Positions 39,401-51,236 of a DNA stretch of 64,000 nucleotides are shown piece after piece (within the stretch, counting starts at the first letter, position 1; every line of letters begins with the position of its first letter). Both the position numbers and the translations under genes were made by a program. The notes under the pieces are model-generated. The model was not told where the DNA came from. It was given only the letters and a program-made list of their open reading frames with translations, and did not search any database. The DNA is taken from NCBI GenBank assembly GCA_051294905.1, contig CM119373.1, positions 2,420,001 through 2,484,000 on the forward strand. The letters are read 5' to 3'. This DNA comes from Botryllus schlosseri (lineage: Eukaryota).

Positions 39401-42400
39401 CAATAGACTCGAAATAAACATTTGCACTGCCTTATTTGGTTGATTTAAACTGATATTGCTTCTGAAGGACAAATAAAGTGTGAGTTTCAGGGCCATATTT
39501 ACGCTAATAACCCATAATTCTGCGGGCTGTCTTGTTTGATACTCGAGCAATAGTCAGCTAACATATGTAAGCTCCAATCTACTCTGGTATCTTACCTCCA
39601 TCATCTTCAGATTTTGGGGGATAATTTTTCCTTGCCCATCGCTGTCTATGCCAAGGTTTTCCGGGAAATTATTTATATATTTTAGCTTTTTTGAATGTCT
39701 GCTGTCCGACACAAACATGTAGTAGTGGCACATGTGTATCAGGGTTATATGTGCATTCTTCTTGTCTGACCACTAAGAAAACACAATATTTCAAAGCTGA
39801 CACACATGATCCAATCCGAATCGTGGTTGCAATGAGTGTAACAATTCAATATTTCTGTATCATTTACGAAGACTAACTGAGTGTACAATTGCTACTGCAC
39901 CTAAGACGTTGCCATTCTGGAGAATGTCAAACTTTAGAATCCTTTTCGGGCTGCCAATAGATATTTTCCATTCGCTTGAGTTGTAAATCGGGATTCATGT
40001 CCCCTCCAGCAACCCTTGGTCACAGTATCATGCCAATGTCAGTGTTACAGCAATACAAAAATCTACCGAAAGTAACCATATACGATGAAAACGCCATTTC
40101 TTGTTATCGAAAGTAAGATATATTCGCTCTCTTGTCACGTAATCTTTTCTCAATTCGCAAGGATGCTAAAAGTTCCGGATATTTCTCTTCCAAGTCCCAA
40201 AGCCTATGTCAGATCATTTAGTTTGTGTTGAGGACTGCTCTGCGTCTGAACCATCTTCAATTTCAAAATCTTCATTATTAGGCCTGCCATCCCTGAGATC
40301 TTAATCTTGATCCAAATTATCGAACTTATTGAAGTTTCAAGTTGCTCTGGATATGCTGAATGGAGCTATAGCTGATGGTAAACGTAATGGTATTTTTTTA
40401 TTACCATATCCTGCAGTTTGCATCATATATATGTCTGAAATATCCTCGTACGATTGCATCCTCTAACCGAAAATGAGTGAAAGCATCGGCCTAGATCAGT
40501 GGTTCCCAACGTGGGCGATATCATCAACCAAGGAGCGATTTGGCGGTCTAACGGGGTGAAAATAACGAAGGGGCGATAGGGGGGCGATGGCGCGTTAAAA
40601 CGGCTATCTTGGAGTCAAGTCGGAGAAATGGTCTCTTTTTTAAAGCCTACTCGCCGGTGATTACAATTTGAATGCACATTTTTCAGTTCCTAATTTTTTG
40701 AGGGCAATGGTCGGTGTGGAACTGGAAAAGGGGCGATGAGTCGAAATAGGTTGGAAACCACTGGCCTATATCGATACCAGTACCATTTTTTCACAATAAT
40801 TTAATTGACCCCTTGACTATATAACTTATTATATCATAAAAGTGTGGATTTCTATATGGTGGGGAAAAGTAATATGACTAAATTTGTGAAAATTTTGATA
40901 TTTCCGGCATATGTCGTAGAATAAAAAATTGACGTGATGGAACAAATCCATCGGCATTTTTGGAATCAGCATACCAAATCAGCCTAGATCAAGTGCAAAA
41001 TAAAAGTCATCAAATTTTTCGTTCAAAATTGTTGTCCAGTGTAATAGACGATGGTTTAATATAGCTAGCGAACCTTGATTACTACGAGATGTTAGAAATA
41101 TCAGGTCGGAATATTTGGCGTAGACGGCAGGTCTGGCATATTCAGTTCAAATTACTGTAAAGTGAAATGGTTTCTTATACATTGATTCTGTTATGTATGC
41201 CCGTAAAATTTATACACTAAATGTTGTCTAACTGACTGCATTGTCTCAGAGTGAACTAGGCAATAGCTCCGTGTTGAAATGCAAGTCATGACCTATGAAT
41301 TCCGCAGTGCATCGGTAACTATACAATGCATTAGGCTTTGCAGGGATTTCATTCATTTTGTACTCGGTGAAAAACAGATAGGTTCCATAACTTACCGTTC
41401 ACAGACTTCCAATATTCGAACATTGCAGATTCCTGTTCCCGTACCGATGGAAATTTGAACAACTTCTTCTGTTCTGATATATGTATACCAAATCCATCCA
41501 ACGAACTCGCAAATCTACGGTATTCGGCCGAGTCGGAAAATCGCAACAATACTTCATTTTCGAACACGTATTGGATGAATTATTCCAGCCATATGATGTT
41601 ATTTTTAAGGATGGTGTGAACCCCTTAAAGGTTCAAGTTCGTGTCAATGCGAAACTTTCTAGTTCGTGTCAATGCGAAACTTTCTGAAAGGTTTTGTGTG
41701 AACGCGAAGGTGAACCTCATGACGTCATGTGACGTCATATTACTAATTCCAACCCGTATATTTCATTGAAGTGATAGTCAATATTGATGTACACGATGCC
41801 TAGCGACGACTACATAATATCACAACGCAGCAGTACATATTGACGTTTTAAACGTCGCCAATGTATTAACTGGGGCAATCAAATGATATGTTAATCCCAT
41901 AAAATCAATATATTCCGTCGCTTTGCCAACAATTTCGACGAGGACTTGCAAGGGAATATCAGCTTACCCCTTAACGGTCTAGGCCAGACCGGACAATGTT
42001 TTCGGCGTCTGCCTCTCTACTTGCTGATCATATTACTCCATTAACAAGTTACACAGCAGTAACCAGCAACCCAATCGCATGGATTTGGTTTTTATGGTAC
42101 AATGAACATATGGTATCAAGATTGGCTACCTACGCCTGCTATTTTTTTTATCAGACAACGATATCAATTTGATTGAATGGTTGAATAAGTCTCATTCGCT
42201 GACTGCACCTACATGTAGAGTATTTCTCTTTTGATGTTGTGTGAATGACAGTAATTGGGGGTCAAGCTCACAGCAGAGAGTCACTAAATATTCACAAACG
42301 GAAAGCTGGATATTTCACGCAAGATGCATGCTCGTTTAGTGTTGAGTTTTTATGCTGCCAGCACCGTGCATAGAGTGGCCAGCAGTTGAAATGCAATAAC

Positions 42401-45400
42401 TTTCAAGTGAAGATATCTTAATGAAGTGAAAATTGTAAAATATGAAAAAGGTTCACAGTGCAGAACGTACCAAGGTTCGTTTGTGAAAGTGAGAGCCTAA
42501 ATTTTTGAGGTTCACACATAGAACGCAAACGTGAGCCTCACGGTCACACCATCCCTAGTTATTTTCAATATTTGGTATGTGAAGTCCATTAGCAGACGGG
42601 CGATATCAAACAAATAAACAATTACGCAACAGCAGAACAAAACATCATAAAATAATCAAGAAAATGCTGTTTAACTTGAAATCCAATTTGAAATACGAAA
42701 TAACGTATTGTTACGCAATACTTAAATCATGGAAAGTTATGTTGGTTCGAGCATAGTGTCCTATATGGTGTCGACACAGGCAAATCTCACGCCTCAGTGA
42801 AATTGTATCACGTCACCATTTCCATTTGACTACAAGCAATTTGACGGTCATTTTTGACCGGCTTGCCGACCATTAAATTTGGTGAAACGGGTATCAATCG
42901 AAAGCTGACTCTGCACTGATTACGAAAATATACATTTTATTCCGCTCGTGGCCCTGGAACTACCACAATCAGATTGGCATTGGAACGCAACAATGCTGAA
43001 CAATGCTCTCTGTTTTTTTCTTCTCTTGAGCTACTCTCTCGTTTCGCCAGATAGCATTGTTGCGTACCAAATGGAAATTGTGACATGATACAATTTCATT
43101 GAGGCGTGATATTTGTCTGTGTCGACACCATATAGGATACTATGAATATCGTACACGCATCACCAGTTCTAACTGACGGCATTTGAATTATAGTTACTCA
43201 CCTAACACGCTTTTTGCCTTGAATGTCACTCGATGAGAAATTATGTCGACATTGTTTGATGTCTGTCCATCGTTTGAACTCACAACATACATAACATTAA
43301 TTGGATAGTCTGCCGTTTGCCGTGATCTTAGTCGATATATCCTGGACACGAAGAACGAACCGGTGCGAAGAAACATTTTGGTGAGCGTAAATCTCGACAA
43401 CACATTATTTTTTCCATCAAATGATACTTGATCATCCGGGGTTAATATTCTCATGTTGACCGTAACATCATTAGTAATTTTCATATCAATAGGCTCGAAG
43501 CGACACAGACGGCTGTAACCATTATGAGTCATCGTGGCTTCGACATCCATCTCGAAGTAGGGATGATATTGATGAAAAGTGACAACGATCTTATCGTTCT
43601 TTGCCCATATGAACCCGGATATCCGGATGTTCGTTGATTGACGTACAGATTTACAGAACGCTCTAATGGTGCCGGACGCTTTACATTCAAACTTCAACAA
43701 TTTCTTCATTGCAGCTTTCTTGACTAGTGACCATGCGTCAAATCCATCTTCACATTGAAATATCTCGGCTATTGAATTCTCATCGTACTTTTGGTATGTG
43801 ACCAAATTAATGGTGATGCTTTTCTTGGGATCGGCGTCGAGATACACACTTACCGCCGGTGTGATAGGTATGTATTCAGCTGAATGTTCTGGGGCTTGAT
43901 TGTTCACACGAAGGAAAACCTGCATAGGATATGACAGAGATTGGTTGAATACAAGTGTTGACTTCGTCAATGTTATGGTAATCCTGCAGTAGTGGAATTC
44001 ACAGGAGACACACATCTGATTCATTATTGTAATATCGTTATCTTTATTACATGAGGCACCGACTAATTAGTTTCAATGTGATTTCATACGGGTACGCGAT
44101 TATATTGGGTATAAACATTAGATATTTTACTGTAATGATTGTAATGATTCGAAAAATGCTTTAACTGTAAAATAGGTAACTCCTTTGAAACCTCCATATA
44201 AATTACATTACCACTATTCGCTTGATATTACGATAATATAAATTTTATTTCAACGTTATCAGGGTATTCGACTGACACGGGGATATCAAGTAACACATGC
44301 GCAGGACTCAAAAGTCGATAAACTGTGCCGAAAAAAATAACTCCAACGTCCTTAATATTCAAAATTTCATTCAGGTTACGTCAGATTTGATGATTATTCA
44401 TCTTTTTTTCGATTCTCCACTAGTTGCTGTCCTTTTGCTGACGTTTAATCCTGACAGGTATATTCGGGTTTATTTGAATATGAAAAGGCAACAACAGATT
44501 ATGAACTATAACACTGAAGCATCGTAAAAAACGTATATCTAAAAGTATGCCATGTGACACAGTATGTTCTGTTTGCATATACTGGTGAAATGAGGCTGCG
44601 TTCATTAAGTGCTGAAGAGTTGAGTCTCCTTCACAGGCCTATTTCTCGCAGTCAATCATAAACTGCTAATTCATTATACAACAACACGTGATAAGGTATA
44701 TTGATCGCATACTGTGTCTGAATGTGACCTAAACAGAGGCACTCCATTGAACATAGGTAACCCTAGATCTTTACAGAGGTCTACGTATTGTGTATGTCCT
44801 ACTAAGCAATGATCGATTATATGCATCAGAAGCCGAAAGTCATATTACTCACGTCCGCTACCAATCACCATTCTCGGCATGCCAAGTAATAATATATTCA
44901 CCTGGCATTCGTTTGGCAGCGAGTTGTCGTAAGGAAATTGAAATCTACAGCTTCGGAAAGTAATCGTATCGCCCGTGTTCCTGATGGTCGACTCTGCAGT
45001 AGTTAAGGAAAGAAGTTACCAGATTATATGGGTTGGACAAGCACTATGCACTTTGTACTACCAATACCTGTTACGTCGACCCACGTACTTTGCGACGCCA
45101 AGATTTCACCATCATTAATTTGTACTTTCAATTTCTGCCGACGAAAACAATTGGAACTTTTTAGTAACAAAACTAAAATCAACAGAATAAACGGAGGTAG
45201 AAGCGTAATTTTGATTTCCGTGTTTGAAACTCATAATGAGAATTTTTCTATCATTTCTGTTAATCGAATACGTTGGATATTTGGAAATTGTTGCAATAAC
45301 CGTAGGTGATTTAGGATAACAGTTATGTTAGCTTATATGCAATTAGATTTATTTTCTCCATAATATTAAACAGTTTATGCGACCTCTATTTTGTTCATTT

Positions 45401-48400
45401 GTAACCCTAACCATTTAATATAAACATACTTACCGGATTTTTTATATTGTTCAAAGCTCGTTGTATCGTTTGCAATTCGTTTTCGCCAAATTCCCAGCCT
45501 GTGCAATCACAGAACTCCGATACAGTTTGCAAGAAGTGAGTTAAAGATTGAATATCCTCATCTGTTGGCACTCTGCGATGTTGGCGGAACGTTGTACAGT
45601 TGACCTGTAATGAACCCAAGGTGGCATATACGCCTTGCAAGAATTTCGTGCAGAACGTCGACCATTTGAAATATTCGCAATCATAAATACCTCTAGTATA
45701 GTCTATAGCGGTGGTTCTTGACCGCCGGTCCATGGCAAGTCACCAGCGGGCCCGACAAATATATTAGCACTTTGGACCTCAATTCGAAAATGCCAGAAGT
45801 TGGACGATGTTCCACTAAGTAGAGAAATATGATTTCAAATTTTAATTTGATTGAAAGTTTCTGACGTATTCTTGCATGATGTCGTAGTATAGGTCATAGT
45901 TTATTTTTGGCATACGTATCAATTTTGTAAGTGTTGTGCGAGGCTGATAAGAAGTAGCCTACAGCTCGGGTCGGACAAGTTATATGTTCAACCTGGCGAG
46001 ACCTTTAAACGAACAATACAATTAGGCGACTCTTGTCAGAACAATAAAGATTACAGCTGTGCAACGACGTTCTGACGAAAATGGGTAATACTCATGGTTA
46101 CCACAAAAAAGCAATAACCTATTAAAGTAGTACATATACAACAGGAAATATCATGATCATAACGTCATTTTATTTTGTACTATGAGCTGAGCACGAAACC
46201 CGACAACGCTTTCCAGACATGTTACTAGCTGAAAGACCATCTCAACCTACAGATCGATGCTGTGGGGACTTTCTATAGGCCGTTTTCTAAGCGCCTCGGT
46301 CTTAGCAGTGTCTGGGCCATTGCACGTCAAGGAAATATGCTTATTGACATAAGGTGACTCTCCATCGATGGAATGCTTTTTCCATCGCGGAAGCCGCTTC
46401 AGCTAGTGTGGAATAGTGTTGTGGGCGAATAGTTTATTTTTAAACAACAACAATAATATTAATAATTTGAAACTGAAATCAATTTTAGCATTTCAAAATA
46501 CTTTGTTTCGCGTTCTTCCAAAAACACAAACCAGATCGCCGGTCGCGATTGCGGTGAACCCTAGCACAAAACGTGCCAGTCTTGGTGTACAGAAGTTGAC
46601 CATTCTCATGATTTGAATCGACCTGATTTTAGCTGTATTTATTTCCGTTTCACAATTCCATTCAATTTCAAAGTTATTGAGAATTCTGTAATTTTAATTA
46701 TAATATAACTTGGAAAAACTTTTTATCAGCCCGCGAAGTGTAACAGGTTGAGTGGTGTACAGAATTTCACCTTGACAATATCCTCTACATTCCATAGTTG
46801 CTCATGCAGTGCTTCCAGGAAACGACTCGATATAAGGCAACCGTCAAATTTCAATTGCGCCACCCTACCACGGGCACGTATGCAAGACGATAAAGCGCTG
46901 GCATCTGCTCGATTTAGTTTGATGGAGTTGCTGGGAATCATGGACAAGTTTTCGAATTCATCAATGACACCATCCCCAAGAAGGCATTTGGACTCCGCAA
47001 ACAAATGCAGGGCGCGAAGCTGATCGTCGATGGTTTTCGCTGATTCTAGCCAGCGACGAATCAATATTTCACTAAATCCAATGATATAACGTTTTTTGTA
47101 GTAGTGATCAGTTAACAGTTCGGCTCTTTTCTCGCAATCTAAATATAACTTCAAATTATTACACAAAGACAAGGAATGAAAATGGGTTTCTTCTGACCGG
47201 GATCAATCAGGTCAAAAGCCGTTTCTGTCATTTCGTTATCTGCAAAAAGTCCACTCAGTATTTGCCAGGCGCCATGGAAATTCTTATTGTCCACTGCAGC
47301 TTCATACTCATCTTTTAATCTTGATCTATCGCAATCGTAAAGATACAGCGCCGCGAACCCGTCTAAAATAATCGGATGACAAAATGACATCAAAATTTGA
47401 CCCCCAATCGCAATAGTTTTCGTCAAGAATAGAGAATCAAGTTCGAATCGTTTTGTGTCCGAACTGGTTATTCCGTGTTTCGCGAAGTCCTCGGCGGTGA
47501 ATGTCGAACGACCATCTTTTCTTGCGTCATAGCATGCGGTCATGAATTTACGAAAGTCTTGGATTAAATTTTTCCGCTTGATCGCGCTGAGAAGCTGCAG
47601 AAATATGCCCGCTTTTCCTATAAGAATCTTTTCGGAATCATATTTGATAGCATGAAGAACGTAAAGTAATATCATTGGATTTTCGCATAGCGCCGTTGAA
47701 TATGGTGTCATTTTGGAAAAGTTGGTTTCGTATAAATTAAGTTCATCACTTGGAAATTGACTAACAATCGCCTGTACCGCGTCTACGGTTAATCCTTGTA
47801 CATGGTATGATCTATCGATATCAATTCCAATCGCATTAACGGAGTTCATATTGTCCTCGTGACAGGAGGACACGACGAAGCACCCAGGATATTTCTGACC
47901 CGATAATATTTCAATTAAAGTCTCGCGGGACTGATTTTCTTCTCGAGTGATGGGTCCGAGTAAAATACGATCTATGTCATCGAATATGAAGCATACTTTC
48001 GAAGGATATTTTGCAATCCAATTTGCTGCTCTTCTTGCAAACTCGTCGGGATGAGACTTGTCGTTTTGATATACGGTAGTTTCAGGACATTCAACTAAGA
48101 ACTGAGTATCCGAGTCTCCTATATCGTCGAAGATTATATTAGATACAGTTTGGTGCCCGTTGCTGGGGAATCGACGGAAACCACAGCTCACTGATATGAT
48201 GACGTCAACGTCACGGTTCAACGATCGTGGTGGTTCAGTCGCCAGATCGTGCTTCAGCTCTGCTAATACCGTACTGCGACCAGAACCGTCTTGTCCTGTA
48301 ACGCAAACGTGACAACTTTTTTTGCTGGGGAGTTGTTGTTTGGAGAGAACTTGCAACAGTTTGGAGCCTTCAATTATCGATTCGTGGGATTGTAAATCTC

Positions 48401-48569
48401 GGATGATGATGTTATTGTGTAGTTGGGGACGGAGAAATCCCTTTTCCGTAATGCTGATCATTCCGTAATGCAGATCATTTGATATCTCTGCAAATCGATG
48501 CTCCCGGACATAGATTGCAATGTCATGCTCAGTGACACGATGCGGAGACACAAAATCTTTCAATCGACA
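32727..48569 (-). CDS. Multi-exon NLR-like gene: NACHT - degenerate LRR-like - ZU5/UPA-like - 4x death-domain-like - ZU5(HFS)/UPA-like - short tail (5' end incomplete)
   Basis: Exons 48569-47198, 47138-46771, 45604-45434, 45134-45068, 44993-44902, 43919-43202, 41551-41396, 39126-38854, 37854-37630, 37449-37186, 36080-35208 and 32848-32727. All introns are GT-AG with matching phases; total 4701 nt is one open frame of 1566 aa. The 41551 acceptor and the last exon are the weakest parts. Confidence 0.72.
35208..36080 (-). CDS. Exon: end of death-domain repeat 4, ZU5 with HFS motif, UPA-like domain
   Basis: VGTDGCEIEVGGCFVSFPPGCFSEAQTITI...AITPTLYV...SATVKLHTW...W...FVELKTRHFSPWV fits the ZU5 pattern; acceptor ttttag|GC in phase 1. 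Confidence 0.85.
36404..36492. repeat. Imperfect (CA)n microsatellite
   Basis: Direct reading. Confidence 0.95.
37186..41551 (-). CDS. Four phase-1/1 exons encoding tandem death-domain-like repeats
   Basis: Exons of 156, 273, 225 and 264 nt end in WKSVN, WKQLH, WIHLR and YLELA, each followed by a phase-1 G|gt donor. The next exons begin NSATANNLHKLV, YNGSVDEVRQMV, KNVSPKYVRNKV and AVRAKTLISTL, resembling the death-domain W-x4-G-x-x-A-T-x3-L-x3-L motif. A shared F-x-x-S-x-x-G-L/F/M-x-I/L core recurs in all four. Confidence 0.68.
38200..38728. mobile_element. Partial TAGGGATGGTGTGAAC-family hAT MITE (intronic)
   Basis: Ends gttcacaccatcccta; aligns to 41720-42557; another left end at 33205. 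Confidence 0.75.
40497..40763. mobile_element. hAT MITE, family of 9314-9714 in opposite orientation
   Basis: TIR cagtggttcccaac/gttggaaaccactg; TSD gcctagat/gcctatat (7/8). Confidence 0.85.
41606..42557. mobile_element. TAGGGATGGTGTGAAC-family hAT MITE just upstream of death-domain exon 1
   Basis: Termini taaggatggtgtga/tcacaccatcccta; perfect TSD GTTATTTT. Confidence 0.88.
42752..43144. mobile_element. MITE with ~75-bp terminal inverted repeats
   Basis: catagtgtcctatatggtgtcgacacag...ctgtgtcgacaccatataggatactatg; no clear TSD. Confidence 0.75.
43202..45134 (-). CDS. Three exons encoding the first ZU5 plus UPA-like module
   Basis: KLKVQINDGEILASQSTWVDVT|ESTIRNTGDTITFRSCRFQFPYDNSLPNECQ|VFLRVNNQAPEHSAEYIPITPAVSVYL...SITINLVTY...W; collinear with the ZU5 exon at 35208-36080. 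Confidence 0.72.
45434..47138 (-). CDS. Exons for the post-NACHT helical region and short degenerate LRR-like segments (47138-46771, 45604-45434)
   Basis: QLRALHLFAES; IKLNRADASALSSCI...QLKFDGCLISSRFLEAL; DEDIQSLTHFL...DCTGWEFGENELQTIQRAL. Splice phases are consistent. Confidence 0.65.
47198..48569 (-). CDS. NACHT NTPase-domain exon
   Basis: Walker A-like VCVTGQDGSGRST; Walker B-like VCFIFDDIDRI; YHVQGLT; LCENPMIL; winged-helix-like MSFCHPIILDGFAALYL. A 59-nt phase-1 intron (47197-47139) links it to the next exon. Confidence 0.9.
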
Positions 48570-48963
48570 CTACATGCTAGTGAATGTATAGGGGTATCTG
48601 ATCGCATGTGCAAGATTAAATAATTGCATGTGATTGAGATAGGGGTTTCGTCACGATACTTCAATGCTAATTTGGGTTGGGCAAAATCGAGCATTCAACT
48701 GAATCGAGCACCACTCAATGTGACGTCATCCACCGTAAGAGTGATTTTTAAAGTACAAATATGTATTTCGTGTTTTATCTTACCAATAATTATTGCATAG
48801 ACTGTCAGTATGTGACAATGCTCAAAATGTTCGTGTCCCCGCGAACATGCGCATTGCGCATCATCGTGCGTCATTTGCCTGATATGAGTGATATCATACC
48901 ATCAACCGTAGTTTTCAAAGCTTCGATATCGATGATGGGAACGTAATGTGAACAGACACATAC

Positions 48964-50994
48964 TTCCAGCCGTTGAAACAATTCTTGTCGAAATGATTGA
49001 GATTGCATCGTGTCAATGTTCGAAAACATCAGCTCCTGTGACCAGGCGCCAATCATTACAGTCAATACTTGACGCCAATACTCGACTCGCTGCGCCCAGC
49101 CGCAATGATAATCAGTAGCGATTTCGCGAATTCTACTTTCACGACTGTTCCTCATAAACTTTCTGTGGCGCTGGAACAATGATATTTACCTTGCACAACC
49201 AATACGTCCGAATCCAGGACTACTTTGAATTCGGATTGTATTGGATAAAGGAATATAATGAAATTTAATAGGTAGTTCACGTTATAGATCAACAATAATG
49301 CTTACTCGCTCAGCTACAGATTGGGGTTTTAAAATAAGATCTACCGGGAGAATGTATAGTATTAGCAAAAGTAGGAGAGCCGTACGATAAGCCAATCAAA
49401 TACAAACTCACAATTTGAGATGCAAATCGGAAAGATGTAACACAAATGTATGACGATTGAATGCAAAACCGATAATATAAAACCATATTGTGTCGTTACG
49501 CAAATTCTTTCGAAATCTTTCAATAATAAATTTGCGACAACAAAACATCTGATAACGGACAACGTGCTTACGCGATGCTGGAATATATCATAAAAGTTAT
49601 TGACTGAAGATCATAAAAGTCAAACTCATGCGGAATGCATCGCGCAAGTGTGTTATTTCACAATGATTCACCGACTTCTTTTTGACTCCAAAGTCGGATT
49701 TACGTCATTCCAACGATTTCGCACTAGCTATCGCTTGCGATACTTGGCTAACATGCACCTGGGTCATATTGCCTTATGAGAGCTGATACCATTCCCTGGA
49801 AGCATGTTAGCTCCAATCGTCTTATCTACTTTAAGCTGTCCATTAATACTGTATACGTAATCACCATGAGATATTGCTTCAAACGATGATACAATTACTT
49901 GTAATACATCTGATTATGATCACAAACATCTGATATTGTCCACTTACATACGGAACAATGCAGTATGGAATGCGTGGATCTATCGTTTATCAATCCTCGT
50001 ACCAAGGACATTTGTCGATTGAGTCCTCCGGGCACCACGGACATTTTAAATGCCAGTATCACCTTCGTGACCGTAAAGGTAATTGAGCACCTATTCTGAA
50101 TAGCTGATTTGAGTTTTGACATAAACAGACCGACTTGTTAGGTAATCCTATGCCAGACATATATTCGTAGCATCTTACAGTGATGTATTACAGTGACGGC
50201 TCGTCACAAGATCGAAAGAAGGAGGCAGGGGAATAAACTCCAGTATTTTTTTTCAAAATGGAGCATTATGACACGAAAATGTTACTTCATTGTGGTCGCA
50301 CGACAACAGGGCACATCAACCAGCATGCCGCCGCACAGTGCTGGCCGTGAAAGGCTCGTAGGAGTGCCGCGACGTAAATCTAAATACCATAGATATTTTT
50401 TGGGTATAGTCATTTTGTTAGAATTAACGCGAGAAATAACCATCTAAGTAAGAAGTCGATATCACGCGGAAAGGTGATCAGTTTGGAATTCGACTCTCAA
50501 ACCAAAAATTATCGTACGTAGTCCACTCATTTATTTCGCAGACTTTTGGAGAATACAGTGACGGCGAAAAATATTAACATCTAAAATCTATCTAAGTTAG
50601 TAATCTTGTTCATTTGTACAGCAGCATCATTTTCGCGGAGTCATCACCACACAGATCTATCACAACATCTTATACATTGCCTACTATGAACACTTGAACA
50701 GTTATACATAATCATAGTGTTGAAAGAACAAGTAACATTTAATATTTACACGAAAGAAAAACCTTATATTGAGTATTTATGCACATCAGTGTAACTTCTG
50801 CTGTTTCCTTTCAGATACCAGTTCAGAAATAGAGGCCTTTGTCTTGGAAAATGTCATCGTATTGTTCAGTCGAAGCGCTACACGTGATAGCAATTGTTTA
50901 ATTGTCAACGAGCTTTTCAATACTGGAGATAAAAGTGACATTTCAAAAAGACGGGGTACCGATTTCGAATCCAAAACTAACTCCTTATACGCCA
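48964..50994 (-). CDS. Candidate upstream exons of the NACHT gene (49170-48964, 50095-49952, 50994-50819)
   Basis: Open frames bounded by AG/GT with compatible phases; no recognisable domain; start codon not identified. Confidence 0.45.
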
Positions 50995-51236
50995 CTGCAC
51001 AAGACGAACCACTACAGGTGAGGGTTGCCAGATTGGCCCTTTTGGGCCAAATTTCACAAATTTGACCGTTTTAGAGGCAGTTGGCCCCCCAAAATAATTT
51101 GGAGCCTTGTCTCTTTGTTTTCAATATATAGCAGTTGAGACATACCATCAAACTAGCTATTCAAATAAATGTATTTCGCAAATGGACCTGACAATGTTTA
51201 TGCCACGTCAAAGACTCGAGTGGAAACAGTGTAGAT

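Noticed and set aside
39596..40460. Possible extra exon with a GAG|GTAAG donor at ~39596
   Set aside because: Its only long open frame is phase 0, incompatible with the flanking phase-1 exons, and shows no death-domain similarity; more likely a decayed repeat.
45605..45733. 5' part of ORF 45407..45733
   Set aside because: Begins in a MITE end; the phase-compatible acceptor is ttcattacag| at 45605.
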